A DNA stretch of 64,000 nucleotides from Pristiophorus japonicus. Lineage: Eukaryota. Positions 36,357-49,453 of this stretch are shown here, piece by piece (position 1 is the stretch's first letter; every line of letters begins with the position of its first letter). Below the pieces are notes generated by a model. It was not told the origin of the DNA, did no database searches, and was given only the letters and a program-made list of their open reading frames with translations. The position numbers and the translations under genes were made by a program. The DNA is taken from the NCBI RefSeq assembly GCF_044704955.1, contig NC_091999.1:60140001-60204000 (forward strand). The letters are read 5' to 3'.

Positions 36357-37133
36357 CCAGAGTCAGCACCTTCAGGGGAGGGGAACCAGTGAGTGTAGAA
36401 CTGAACACAGCCAGAGTCAGTACCTTCAGAGGAGGGGAACCACTGAGTGTAGAACTGAACCCAGCCAGAGTCAGTACCTTCAGGGGAGGGGAACCAGTGA
36501 GTGCAGAACTGAACCCAGCCACAGTCAGTACCTTCAGGGGAGGGGAACCAGTGAGTGTAGAACTGAACCCAGCCAGATTCAGGACCTTCAGGGGAGGGGA
36601 ACCAGTGAGTGTAGAACTGAACCCAGTCAGAGTCAGTACCTTCAGGGGAGGGGAACCAGTGAGTGTAGAACTGAACCCAGCCAGATTCAGTACCTTCAGG
36701 GGAGGGGAACCAGTGAGTGTAGAACTGAACCCAGCCAGAGTCAGTACCTTCAGGGGAGGGGAACCAGCGAGTGTAGAACTGAACCCAGTCAGAGTCAGTA
36801 CCTTCAGGGGAGGGGAACCAGTGAGTGTAGAACTGAACCCAGCCAGAGACAGTACCTTCAGGGGAGGAGAACCAGTGAGTGTAGACCTGAACCCAGCCAG
36901 AGTCAGCACCTTCAGGGGAGGGGAACCACTGAGTGTAGAACTGAACCCAGCCAGAGTCAGTATCTTCAGGGGAGGGGAACCAGTGAGTGTAGAACTGAAC
37001 CCAGCCAGAGTCAGTACCTTCAGGGGAGGGGGACCAGTGAGTGTAGAACTGAACCCAGCCAGAGTCAGCACCTTCAGGGGAGGGGAACCACTGAGTGTAG
37101 AACTGAACCCAGCCAGAGTCAGTACTTTCAGGG
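36357..37133. repeat. 54-bp minisatellite, about 14 copies
   Basis: CCAGAGTCAGTACCTTCAGGGGAGGGGAACCAGTGAGTGTAGAACTGAACCCAG repeated. Confidence 0.95.
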
Positions 37134-37134
37134 A

Positions 37135-37625
37135 TGAGGCACAGCCAGTTTAGTGAGGGAGTTCCAGAGCTTGGGGCCTCAGCAACAGAAGGCACGGCCA
37201 CCAATGGTTGGGCGATTATAATCAGGGATGCTCAGCAGGGCAGAATTAGAGGAGCACAGACATCTCTGGGGGTTGTGGGGCTGGAGGAGATTACAGAGAT
37301 AGGGAGGGGAGAAGCCATGGAGGGATTTGTAAACAAGGATGAGAATTTTGAAATCGAAGTGTTGCTTAACCGGGAGCCAATGTCGGTCAGTGAGTACAGG
37401 GGGTGATGGGTGAACGAGACTTGGTGCGAGTTAGGACACGGGCAGCCGAGTTTTAGATGAGGTGAAGATTACGAAGGGTAGAATGTGGGAGGCCAACCAG
37501 GAGTGTGTTGGAATAGACAAGTCTAGAGGTAACCAACGAATGGATGAGGGTTTCAGCAGAGGGTGAGCTGAGGCAGGGGTGGAGACGGCCGATATTACAC
37601 AGGTGGAAATAGGCGGTCTTGGTTT
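37135..37625 (-). mobile_element. L2-type LINE ORF2 3' fragment
   Basis: KTAYFHLCNIGRL.PCLS..AETLIHSLVTSRL.YSN.LL.GLP, with HWLPV...FKILILVYKSLHG further on. Confidence 0.8.
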
Positions 37626-37674
37626 TCTGGGGATATGTGGTCACAGCATTCTGGATAAGGTCATCCGCCATTTT

Positions 37675-38250
37675 CATAGAATGAAAACGCAGGAGACCAT
37701 TTGGCCCATCGTGCCTGTGCTGGCTCTATGGTCGAGCTATCCAGTTAGTTCCACTCCCCTGCTCTTTCCCCATAGCTCTGCAAATAGTGTCCCTTTAGTA
37801 TTTATCCAATTCACTTTTGAAAGCCACTATTGAATCTGCTTCCACCGCCCTATCAGGCAGTGCATTCCAGATTGCAACAACTCGCTGCTTATACAATGGT
37901 TCCTCATGTCGCCTCTGCTTCTTTTGCCAATCACCTGAACTCTGTGTCCTCTGGTTACCGACCCTTCTGCCACTGGAAAGTGTTTCTCCTTATTTAGTCT
38001 ATTAAAACCATTCATGATTTTGAACACTCTATCAAATCTCCTCTTAACCTCTTCTGTTCCAAGGAGAATTACCGCAGCTTCTCCACTATCTCCACATAAC
38101 TGAAGTCCCTCCTCCTTCGTACCATTCTCGTAAATCTCTTCTGGTCCCTCTCTAAGGTGTAGATACCCTTCTGAAAGTGTGGTGCCCAGAATTGAGCACA
38201 ATGTGTCAGCTGAGGCCTAACCAGTGTTTTATAAAGGTTGAGCAGAACTA
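37675..38250 (-). mobile_element. CR1 3' fragment
   Basis: FKIMNGF.R...FP.AEGSVTRGHR. Confidence 0.8.
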
Positions 38251-39329
38251 AACATCAAATGCAGCTATTTGTGTGATGGGGTTTAGATGGGCGAGGATTA
38301 TCCAGTCAGTTGGATGTGAGCTGAAACATGTGCACTTGGAGCGGGGAGCCAGGGACACGCTGTGTAACCGGGCACAGACACTCTGCACAGCCCACACATC
38401 ACTTGTTTCCCATTTGGCCCAGATGGATGTATTAAATGCAACAATTAATTTGATTTTACTTTAAATAGTTTTGTTTATAAATTTAATTATGCTTCTTTAA
38501 TTTTATTTCTGAACTCAGATTCACGGCCCCATTTTATTTCTTCCTCTGAGCCCCTCAACTTAATGTGGCAGCGTAATGTTGGCGAGTGGTGATTGATTGT
38601 CCTCGGAACCAACAGGAAGAGAGGTCAGAGACCGGAGGGCCCAGGGAGCAGCGTGTTCTGCAACCAATCGCGGTGCTTGAGGGGTGTATCCTGAGTCAGC
38701 CTATCAGGTGAGTCTGTGTGAACCCCTGTTAAACTATTTATTTTTTAAAGTTAATCGAGATTTCTTTTGTCAGCAAAACAGTTTAACATTTGTCAGTATT
38801 TTATTTCCCTGGAGTTCCTATTATGAGTTCCAGACACTTCAGTGCCAAGTGGACCAGGTGTTTAAAGATCATTCATTTCCCTCATGTCGCTGTTCGTTAA
38901 AGATACAGAGATTGAGTACCCTTCATTATGCATCTTTTGTAAGTAAACACAAATCCTTTCTGTTAGCAGTGAGTCACATTCTGCACTGGGGGAGACGGCT
39001 GGTGGCTTCAGGCTTTAAAATTCTCATCCTCTTGTTCAAATCCCTCCAAGGCCTCGCCCCTCCCTATCTCTGTAACCTCCTCCAGCCCGCCAATCCTCTT
39101 AATAAGGAGAAATAATTTTCAGTGTCAGAAAGTTCAGTAACCAGAGGCACAGATTTAATGTGATTGGCAAATGAACCAGATGCTACATGAGGGGACTAAT
39201 GAAGCAGCGAGATGTTCTGGCCTGGAACGCACTGCCTGTTCGGGTGGTGGAAGCAGATTCACTTGTAACTTTCGAAAGAGATAAACATGAGTTTAAAAAA
39301 CTTTCGGCGTTATGGGGCAAGAGTAGGAC

Positions 39330-41770
39330 AGGAGTCCCCTAAGTGCATCTCGCTCGCTAACCGGTTTTCAGTTCTGGATACTGATGAGGGCGATGGTTTC
39401 TCTGGGGAGTACAGCCAGAGCCATGTCCACGACATCGTGGGTGGTTCAGCTGCACAGGGCGGGGAGGAAGAAGAGTGGAAGAGCAATAGTGGTGGTGGAT
39501 TTGATAGTTCGGGGAACAATCAAGCGCTTCTGCAGGCACAGACATGATTCCAGGATGCTATGTTGCCTCCCTGGTGCCAGGGTCAAGGATGTCACTGAGC
39601 GGCTGCAGGACATTGTTGAGGGGGGAGGATGAACATCCAGAGGTTGTGGTCCATATCGGGACCAATGACATCGGTAGAAAGAGGGATGAGATCCTGCAGG
39701 CAGTATTTAGGGAGCGAGTAAAGAGATTAAAAAACAGGACCTCAAAGGTAGTAATGTTCGGATTACTCCCTGTGTCCCGTGCTGGTGAGTACAGAAATAA
39801 GAGGATAGAGCAGATGAATGCATGGCTGGAGTTTGGTGCAGGATGGAGGGCTTTAGATTCCTGAGGCATTGGGAACGTTTCTGGGGGAGGGGGGACCAGT
39901 TCAAGCCGGACAGGTTGCACCTCAACAGAACCAGACAATATCCTCACTGGATAGAGAGAGGGGACGTTGTGGACAGAGAGAGGGGACAGTGTGGATAGAG
40001 AGAGGGGACAGTGTGGATAGAGAGAGGGGACGGTGTGGATAGAGAGAGGGGACAGTATGGATAGAGAGAGGGGACAGTGTGGATAGAGAGAGGGGACAGT
40101 GTGGATAGAGAGAGGGGACTGTGTGGATAGAGAGAGGGGACAGTGTGGACAGAGAGAGGGGACAGTGTGGATAGAGAGAGGGGACGGTGTGGACAGAGAG
40201 AGGGGACGGTGTGGATAGAGAGAGGGGACAGTGTGGATAGAGAGAGGGGACAGTGTGGATAGAGAGAGGGGACAGTGTGGATAGAGAGAGGGGACAGTGT
40301 GGACAGAGAGAGGGGACAGTGTGGATAGAGAGAGGGGACAGTGTGGACAGAGAGAGGGGACAGTGTGGATAGAGAGAGGGGACAGTGTGGACAGAGAGAG
40401 GGGACAGTGTGGACAGAGAGAGGGGACAGTGTGGACAGAGAGAGGGGACAGTGTGGACAGAGAGAGGGGACAGTGTGGATAGAGAGAGGGGACAGTGTGG
40501 ACAGAGAGAGGGGACAGTGTGGACAGAGAGGGGGGACAGTGTGGATAGAGAGAGGGGACAGTGTGGATAGAGAGAGGGGACAGTGTGGACAGAGAGAGGG
40601 GACAGTGTGGATAGAGAGAGGGGACAGTGTGGATAGAGAGAGGGGACAGTGTGGACAGAGAGAGGGGACAGTGTGGACAGAGAGAGGGGACAGTAGGTAT
40701 CGTGTTTAGAAGGCAGAGGAAACAAAAGCTAGAAAATAGACAATAGGGGAGTTTGGCAGCACTAAATGCCAGTGCCAGTGTATTTTAATGAGATCACCTC
40801 TCATTCGTCTGAACTCCAGAGAGTATAGGCCCATTCTACACAAACTCTCATCATAAGACAGTCCTCTCATCACAGGAATCAATCGAGAAATACTTCAATG
40901 CCAGTGCAAGGAGTCTAGGGATTAAGGCAGATAAGCTGAGGGCACAGACAGACATGTGGGGGTATGATATTGTAACTATTCGTGAAACACGGCTAAAAGA
41001 ACTGCAGGAATGGCAGCTCAACATTCCTGGTTACAGGGTTTTAAGACGAGACAGAGACAGGGATAAAAAAAGGAGAGCGCGTCGCAGTGTTGATTAAAGA
41101 AACAATTCCAGCTGTGGGGAGGGATGATATGTTCGAAGGATCATCAAATGAGGCCACATGGGAGAAGTGAAGAACAAAAAAGGGGCGATCACACTGCTGG
41201 GGATGTACTATAGACCCCCAAACAGTCAGAGGGAGACAGAAGAGCAAATATGTCGGCAAATTTCTGCTACGTGCAAAAATACTAGGGCAGTAATAGTCGG
41301 GGATTTCAACTACCCAAATATTAACTGGGATAGAATTAGTATGAAAGATATAGAAGGAGCAGAATTCTTAAAATGCATTCAGGAGAACTTTTTTAGCCAT
41401 TACGTAGCAAGCCCAACAAGAGAGGGGGTGGTTCTGGACTTAGGTTTCATGAATGAAGCTTGGGCAGGTGGAAGGGGTATCAGTGGGAGAGTATTTTGAT
41501 GCTGGTGATCATAATTCAGTTAGATTTAGAGTAGTTATGGAAAAGGACAAAGATGGACCAGGAATAAAAGTTCTCAATTGGGGTAAAGCTAATTTTAACT
41601 AAGTAGAGATGTGATTTAACCAAAGTGGACTGGAAACAGCTACTTGAAGGTAAAATAGTGTCAGAGCAGTGGGAGGCATTCAAGGAGGAGATAGCGAGGG
41701 TTCAGAGCAAGTATGTTCCCTTAAGATAAAGGGTGGGACTAATAAATCTAGAGCCCCTTAGATGTCAATA
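39330..41770 (+). mobile_element. CR1 5' portion: ORF1 SGNH/GDSL esterase relic and APE relic, split by a minisatellite
   Basis: LANRFSVL, CLPGARVKDV, VVVHIGTNDI, DRLHLN; later YYRPPN and IVGDFNYPNINW. Confidence 0.88.
39946..40694. repeat. 22-bp minisatellite, about 34 copies
   Basis: GTGTGGA(T/C)AGAGAGAGGGGACA repeated. Confidence 0.95.
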
Positions 41771-41771
41771 T

Positions 41772-42730
41772 TAGAATATCAGAGATAGGAGAAGGAGTAG
41801 ATCATACGGCCCCTCGAGCCTGCTCCACCATTCAATAACATCATCGCCTTCAACTCCACTTTCCCACCTGATCTCCACATCCCTTGATTCCCCGAGAGAC
41901 CAAAAATCTAACTATCTCAGCCTTGAATAGACTGAGCATCCACAGCCCTCTGGGGCAGAGAATTACAAAGATTCACTACCCTCTGAGTGAAGAAATTTCT
42001 CATCTCTGTCTTAAATGGCCTCCCCCTTATCTTGAGCCCCCGAGTTCTAGTCACTCCAGCCCGGGGGAATTGAGCTCTCAGCATCTACCCTGTCAATACG
42101 CTTCAGAATCATGTATGTTTCAATGAGACCACCTCTCATTCTTCCAAACTCCAGAGAGTATAGGTCCATTCTAGACAATCTCTCATCGTAAGACAGCTCT
42201 CTCCTCCCTGGAATCAATCTTGTGAACCTCTATTGCACCATCTCCAAGGCAAGTATATCTTTCCTTTGATAAGGAGACCGAAACTGCCCAGTACTCCAGG
42301 TGTGGTCTCACCAAGGCCCTGTACAATTGTAGCAATAGATCCTTACTCTTATACTCCACCCCCTTACTGCTTGCTGTACCTGCATGCTCGCTTTCTGTGT
42401 TTCTTGCACAAGGACACCCAAATCTCTCTCAACACCAACATTTAAAGTTTCTCACCATTTAAAAGATATACTGTTTTTCTATTCTTCCTACCAAAGTGAA
42501 TAACCTCACATTTCCTGACATTGTACTCAATCTGCCACCTTACTGCCGTTTCACATCGTCTATCTATATATCGTTGCACTCTTGTGTTCTGCTCACAGCT
42601 TACTGTCTCACCGAGCTTTGTATCGTCAGCAAATATTACACTCGGTCCCTTTATCTAGGTCATTAATATAGATTGTAAATAGCTGAGGCCCCAGCACTGA
42701 TCCTTGCTGCACCCCACTGGTTACAGCCTG
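41772..42730 (-). mobile_element. CR1 3' fragment
   Basis: CR1 3' UTR (GGCCCCTCGAGCCTGCTCC) and RT sequence CCCCAGCACTGATCC. Confidence 0.85.
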
Positions 42731-42900
42731 CCGGAAGCCCCGCCCCTCACATACTCCAATTGGTTGGAGGACCAACCGCCCATTTGGTCTTCCAGCCCCG
42801 CATCGCTCTTCTTATTGGTGGGGAGCTGCCGTCAATCACCCGGGCAGTGTGAGCTGAGCATGTGCAGGCGGCGGTGGCAGACGCTGATGCAGGAGGTGAG
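42730..42900 (+). promoter_or_regulatory. Promoter and putative non-coding first exon; inverted homologue of 35505-35665; donor G|GTGAGC at 42895/42896
   Basis: GCCCCGCCCCT..ATTGGTTGG and CGTCAATCACCCGGGCAGTGTGAGCTGAGCATG are near reverse complements of motifs at 35636-35664 and 35505-35537. Confidence 0.6.
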
Positions 42901-42964
42901 CCAGATCCAGGGAGCGGGTTAAAGAAACGCTGGGGACAACAACACCGAGTGCAGCCCCGGGCCC

Positions 42965-43120
42965 GGATATAAATCGGGGAACATTCTCCCCACACCGGGG
43001 GGAGGATATAAACCGGGGAATATTCTCCCCACACCGGGGGCGGGGGATATAAACCGGGGAATATTCTCCCCACACCGGGGTGGGGTGGGGTGGGGCGGGG
43101 ATATAAACCAGGGAACATTC
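42965..43120. repeat. Short tandem repeat, about 4 copies of roughly 38-40 bp
   Basis: GGATATAAACCGGGGAATATTCTCCCCACACCGGGG. Confidence 0.8.
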
Positions 43121-43270
43121 TCCTCCTGCCAGCCGGGTCCCGGCTCTGCTCGCACTGTGTCTGCGTCAAACTCTCAGGGAGCGTCTGTAAATCAACGAGA
43201 ACGAGTAATGGACCAGGGAGCGTCTGTAAATGAAGGAGCAATGGTGACTGAGCAGGGAGCATCTGTAAAG

Positions 43271-43950
43271 AATTCTAGAATCACAGAATATTACAGCAAA
43301 GATGGGGGCCATTTGGTCCATCGAGTCTGTGCCGATACTTTCGGGGAGCAATCCGGTTATCCCACTTCCCCCAAATCCCTGCAATATCATTCTGCTTCAA
43401 GTGTTTGTCCAATTCACTTTTGAAGGCTACTATTGACTCTGTCTCCACCGCTCCGTCAGGCAGTGCATTCCAAACCCGAACTCCTTCTGTGAAAATGGTT
43501 TTCCTCATGTGATCTCTGTTTTTGCCAATCGCCTCAAATCTGTGCCCTCTGGTTATCAGCCGATAGAAACAATGTCTCTATTTATTCTATCTCATCTTCA
43601 TGATTTTTAACACCTCTATCAAATCTCGTCTTTACCTTCTCTGTTCCAAGGAGAACAATCCCAGCTTCTCCAGTCTCCACATAAATGAAGTTCCTCATCC
43701 CTGGCACAATTCCAGTAAATCTCTTCTGTCCCCTCTCCAAAGCCTTTGTGTCCTTCCTGAAGTGTGCCCAGAATTGGACCCAATCCTGCAGCTGGGGTCG
43801 AGCTAGTGTTTTATATAGCTTTAGCATAACTTCCCGGCTTTAGTACTCTGTGCCTCGATTTATAAAGCCAGGATACTTTACGCTTTATGAACAGCTTTGT
43901 TAACCTGTCCTGTGACCTTCAAAGATTTATTAAACTCTTTAAATATTTCA
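43271..43950 (-). mobile_element. CR1 3' fragment
   Basis: LKLYKTLARPQLQDWVQFW; VRVWNALP. Confidence 0.85.
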
Positions 43951-43961
43951 AAAAATGTAGC

Positions 43962-44325
43962 AGAAATGGAGAGTGGTCAGGGAGCGTCTGTAAAGGAAGG
44001 AGAAATGGAGAGTGGTCAGGGAGCATCTGTAAAGGAAGGAGAAATGGAGAGTGGTCAGGGAGCGTCTGTAAAGGAAGGAGAAATGGAGAGTGGTCAGGGA
44101 GCGTCTGTAAAGGAAGGAGAAATGGAGAGTGGTCAGGGAGCGTCTGTAAAGGAAGGATAAATGGAGAGTGGTCAGGGAGCGTCTGTAAAGGAAGGAGAAA
44201 TGGAGAATGGTCAGGGAGCGTCTGTAAAGGAAGGAGAAATGGAGAATGGTCAGGGAGCGTCTGTAAAGGAAGGAGAAGTGGAGAGTGGTCAGGGAGCGTC
44301 CGTAAAGAAAGGTGAAATGGTGACT
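43962..44325. repeat. 39-bp minisatellite, about 9 copies (further units at 43175-43270 and near 46655-46695)
   Basis: AGAAATGGAGAGTGGTCAGGGAGCGTCTGTAAAGGAAGG repeated. Confidence 0.93.
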
Positions 44326-44554
44326 GGGCACGAAGCTCAATTTTAAAATTCTCATCCTTGTTTTCAAATTCCTCCGTGGCCTCGCCCCTCCCTACCTCTG
44401 TAACCTCCTCCAGCCCTACAGCCCTCCAGGATCTCTGGCCTCCCTCGCATTCCTGGTTTTAATCACACCACCATTGGTGGCCATGCCTTCAGCTGCCTAG
44501 GCCCGAAGCTCAAGAATTCCCTCCCTAAACCTCTCCCTCCTCCTTTAAGACCCT

Positions 44555-46366
44555 AAGAACATAAGAAATAGGAGCAGGAGTCGGCCATTTGGCCCCTCGA
44601 GCCTGCTCCACCGTTCAATAAGATCATGGCTCATCTGATCATGGACTCAGCTCCACTTCCCTTTCCACTCCCCATAACCCTTTACTCCCTTATTGTTCAA
44701 AAATCTGTCTATCTCCACCTTAAATATATTCAATGACACAGCCTCCACAGCTCTCCGGGGCAGAGAATTCCACAGATTTACAACCCTCTGAGAGAAGAAA
44801 TTTCTCCCCATCTCAGTTCTAAATGGGCGGCCCCTTATTCTAAGACTGTGTCCTCTAGTTTTAGTTTCCCCTATGAGTGGATGCAAATATCCTCTCTGCA
44901 TCCACCTTATCGAGCCCCCTCATTATCTTATATGTTTCAATAAGATCACCTCTCATTCTTCTGAACTCCAATGAGTATAAGCCCAACCTATTCAACCTAT
45001 CTTCATAAGACAGCCCCCTCATATCCGGAATCAACCTAGTGAACTTTCTCTGACAGCCTCCAATGCAAGTATATCCCTCCTTAAATAAGGATACTAAAAC
45101 TGTACGCAGTACTCCAGGTGTGGCCTCACCAATACCCTGTACAGGTGTAGCAGGACTTCTCTGCTTTTATACTCTATCCCCCTTGCAATAAAGGCCAACA
45201 TTCCATTTGCCTTCCTGATTACTTGCTGTACCTACATGCTAACTTTTTGTGTTTCATGCACAAGGACCCCCAGGTCTCTCTGTACTGCAGCACTTTGCAA
45301 TTTTTCTCCATTTAAATTATAATTTGTTTTTCTATTATTTCTGCCAACGTGGATAATGTCACAGTTTCTCACATTATACTCCATCTGCCAAATATTTGCC
45401 CACTCACTGAGCCTTTGCAGATTTTTTGTGTCCTCCTCACAATTTGCTTTCCCACCCATCTTTGTATCATCAGCAAACTTGGCTACATTACACACTGTCC
45501 CTTCATCCATGTCATTAATATAAATTGTTAATAGTTGAGGACCCAGCACCGATCCCTGCGGCACCCCTCTAGTCACTGTTTGCCAACTGGAAAAAGACCC
45601 ATTTATCCCGACTCTGTTTTCTGTTAGTTCGCCAATTCTCTATCCATTCTAATATATTACCCCCAACCCAGTGAGCTTTTATCTTGTGTAGTAACCTGTT
45701 ATGTGGCACCTTATCGAATGCCTTCTGGAAATCCAAATACACCACATCCACTGGTTCCCCCTGATCCACTCTGCTTGTTACATCCTCAAAGAACTCCAGC
45801 AAATTTGTCAAACATGATTTCCCTTTCATAAAACCGTGCTGACTCTGCTTGATTGAATCATGCTTTTCCAAATGTCCCATTACTGCTTCCTTAATAATGG
45901 ACTCCAACATTTTCCCAACGACAGATGTTAGGCAAACTGCTCTGTAGTTTACTGCTTTTTGTCTGCCTCCTTTTTTAAATAGGGGCGTTATTTGTGGTTT
46001 TCCAATCTGCTGGGACCGCCCCAGAATCCAGGGAATTTTGGTAGATTAAAACCAATGCATCCACTATCTCTGCAGCCATTTCTCTTAAGACCCTGGGATG
46101 TAAGGCATCAGGTCCGGGGACTTGTCCACCTTTAGTCCCATTATTTTACCTAGTACCATTTCATTACTGACAGTGATTGTATTAAGTTCCTCCCTACCTA
46201 TCGCCCCTTGATTATCCACTATTGGGATGTTTTTAGTTTCTTCTACCGTGAAGACCGATACAAAATATTTGTTCAACGTCTCTGCCATTTCCCTGTTCTC
46301 CATTATTAATTCCCCAGTCTCATCCTCCAGGGGACCAACATTTACTTGAGCCACTCTTTTCCTTTT
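44555..46366 (-). mobile_element. CR1 LINE, 5'-truncated
   Basis: AAGAACATAAGAA tail; VYLDFQKAFDKVPH and FADDTK ORFs. Confidence 0.92.
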
Positions 46367-46904
46367 TAACCCTCTTTAAAATGTGCCTATTTGACCCCCG
46401 GTGTCAAATTCTATCTGATAATGCTCCTGTGAAGCACCAGGGGCCATTTTACAGAGTTATGTCACGGCTGAGATAGATACATTTTTGGTGTTTGGGGAAT
46501 CGAGGGATATGGAGATCGGGCGGGAAAGTGGAGTTGAGGTTGATGATCAGTCATGATGTTATTGAATGGTGGAGCAGGCTCGAGGGGCCGTATCGCCTAC
46601 TCCTGCTCATAACTCTTATGTTCTTAAAGGTGCTATATAAATGAAAGTTATTGTTGTCTATAAAGGAAGGAGAAATGGTGATGGGTCAGGGAGAGCATTT
46701 GATCAGAACTGGGAGATATGGCAGATGGACAGCTTATAGGGAGCGATAGAGTGAGGGAAAGGAGAGAGAGAGAGAGAGAGAGACCATGTACACAAGAAAT
46801 GAACTGTAAAGTTGAGTGGGGAAGAGGAGGTGGGGAAGTGACAGCAGACAAAAGGAGGCACAATGGGAGAAGGGAGAGTAATATAAGACACATAGAAAAT
46901 AAAA

Positions 46905-47333
46905 AGACTTGCATTTATTTCGCACCTTTCACCACCACCAGATGCCCCAAAGCGCTTTACAGTCAATTAAGTTATTTTTGAAGTGTAGTTACTATCGTAA
47001 TGTAGGAAAGGCAGCAACCAATTTACATTGTGATAATGACCAGATAATCTGCTTTACTGATGTTAAGGGAAAATATTGGCCAGTACATCGGGGATAACTC
47101 CCCTGTACTGCTTGAAATAGTGCAATGGGACCTTTTACATCCACCTGAGGGAGCAGACGGGGTCTCAGTTTAACATCTTATCCAAAAGACAGCACCTCCG
47201 CCAGTACAGCAGTCCCTCAGCACTGCACTGGAGCATCAGCCGAGAGTTTTGTGTTCATGTCTCTGGAGTGCGACAGCAACCCACAACCTTGTGACCCAGA
47301 GGCAAGTATGTTACCCACTGAGTCACAGCTGAC
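46905..47333 (-). mobile_element. Deu-type (SacSINE1-like) SINE
   Basis: CCAAAGCGCTTTACA end, ACATCCACCTGAG..CAGACGGGG core, tRNA-like head CACTGAGTCACAGCTGAC. Confidence 0.8.
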
Positions 47334-47474
47334 ACAAATACTGACATAGTTAGAGCAGGTTAGCTCAGTTGGAGATGTTTGATGATGCATTTATCAATGC
47401 TTCGATATTTTGTCTATTCCTCAAAATCAGTAACATTTTGGAAGCTTCAGGTCAAGGTTCACAGATTAACAATA

Positions 47475-49270
47475 TGAAATAGGAGCAGGAGGAGGCCATT
47501 TGATCCCTCGAGCCTGCTCTGCCATTCAATAAAATCATGGCTGATCTGATCTTGACTTCAACTCCACTTTCCTGCCTGCTCCCCATAACTCTTGGCTCCC
47601 CTATAATTCAGAAATCTGTCTATCTCCCTTTTAAATATATTGACTGACTCAGCCTCTACAGCTCTCTGGGGTAGAGAATTCCAAAGATTCACGACCCTCA
47701 GAGAAGAAATTCCTCCGCATCTCCGTTTTAAATGGGCGACCCCTTATTCTGAATCTATGCATCCTAGTTCTAGATTCCCCACACGAGGGGAAACATCCTC
47801 TCTGCATCTACCCTGTCAAGCTCCCTCAGAATCTTACACGTTTCAATAAGATCACCACTCATTCTTCGAAACTGCAATGAGTACAGGCCTAACCTGCTCA
47901 ATCTTACTTCATCAGACAACCACCTCATCTCAGGAATCAACCTCGTGAACCTTCTGTGAACTGCCTCCAATGCAAATATATCCCTCGTTAAATAAGGAGA
48001 CCAAAACTGTACGCAGTACTCCAGGTGTGGTCTCACGAACACCCTGTACAATTGTAGCAAGACTTCTCTACTTTTATACTCCATTCCCCTTCAATAAAGG
48101 CCAACATTCCATTTGCCTTCCTGATTACTTGCTGTACCTGCATGCTAACCTTTTGTGTTTCACGCACAAGGACCCCCAGATCCCTCTGTACCGCAGCATT
48201 TTGCAGTCGCTATTTAAATAATAATTTGCTTTTTTATTCTTACTACCAAAGTGCATAACCTCACATTTTCCCACATTATACTCCATCTGCCAAATTTTTA
48301 CCCACTCACTGAGCCTGTCCATAACCCTTTGCAGATTCATTGTGTCCTCCTCACAACTTGCTTTCCCACCTATCTTTGTATCAGCAGCATATTTGGCTGC
48401 AGTGCACTCCGTCCCTTCATCCAAGTCATTAATATAGATTGTAAATAGTTGAGGCCCCAGCACTGATCCCTGTGGCACCCCACTAGTTACAGTTTGCCAA
48501 CCTGAAAATGACCCATTTATCCCGACTCTGTGTTTTCTGTTAGTTCGCCAATCCTACATCTGTGCTAATATATTACCCCCAATTCTGGGAGCTCTTATAT
48601 TGTGCAGTAACCTTTTATCTGGCACCTTATCGAATGCCTTCTGGAAATGCAAATACACAACTGCTACTGGTTCCTCTTCATCCATCCTCAAAGAACTCCA
48701 GCACATTTTTCAAACGTGATTTCCCTTTCATAAAACCATGCTGTCTCTGCTTGACTATTATGATTTTCTAAATGTCCTACTAATATTTCCTTAATAATGG
48801 TCTCCAGCATTTTCCCAATGATAGATGTGAGGCTAACTGCTCTATAGTTTCCTGCTTTCTGTCTCCCTCCCTCCCTTGTTGAATAGGGGTGTTGCATTTG
48901 AGGTTTTACAATCCACTGGGACCTTGCCAGAATCCAGGGAATTTTAGTAGATTACAACCAATCCATCCACTTTCTCTGCAGCCACTTCTTTTAAGACCCC
49001 AGGATGCAGGCCATCAGGTCCAGGGGACGTCCACCTTTAGTCCCAATAGTTTGTCTCGTACTTTTTCTCCAGTGATAGTGATTGTTTTAAGTTCCTCGGT
49101 CCCTGTGACCCCTTGATTATCTATTATTATTGGGATGCTTTTACTGTCTTCCACCGTTAAGACCATACAAAATATTTGTTTAAAGTCTCTGCCATTTCCC
49201 CGTTTAATCCTCTCAGGGACCAACGTTTATTTTAGCTATCTCTTCCTTTTTATATATCTGTAGAAGCTCT
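47475..49270 (-). mobile_element. CR1 LINE, 5'-truncated
   Basis: HLEYCVQFWSP and [11 protein letters not shown] ORFs. Confidence 0.92.
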
Positions 49271-49453
49271 GATTGTATTTATATTTCTTGCCAGTTTACT
49301 CTCAATCTATCTTCTCCCTCTTTATTATTTTTATTAAGTCAATATATAAAACCACACAGCAGAAGGAAAGAATGTTCCATAGAAACTAGAATTGTCTCTT
49401 CTGAATTTCGATCCTGTACTTACAGTGACGACTTTTGTAAACTCCTTTTGCAG

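Noticed and set aside
34631-37204. Long ORFs of 157-363 aa on both strands
   Set aside because: Products of stop-free minisatellites with no domain or splice support
39922-44367. Repetitive ORFs such as HCPLSLSTLSP and MESGQGASVKEG
   Set aside because: Translations of the 22-bp and 39-bp arrays
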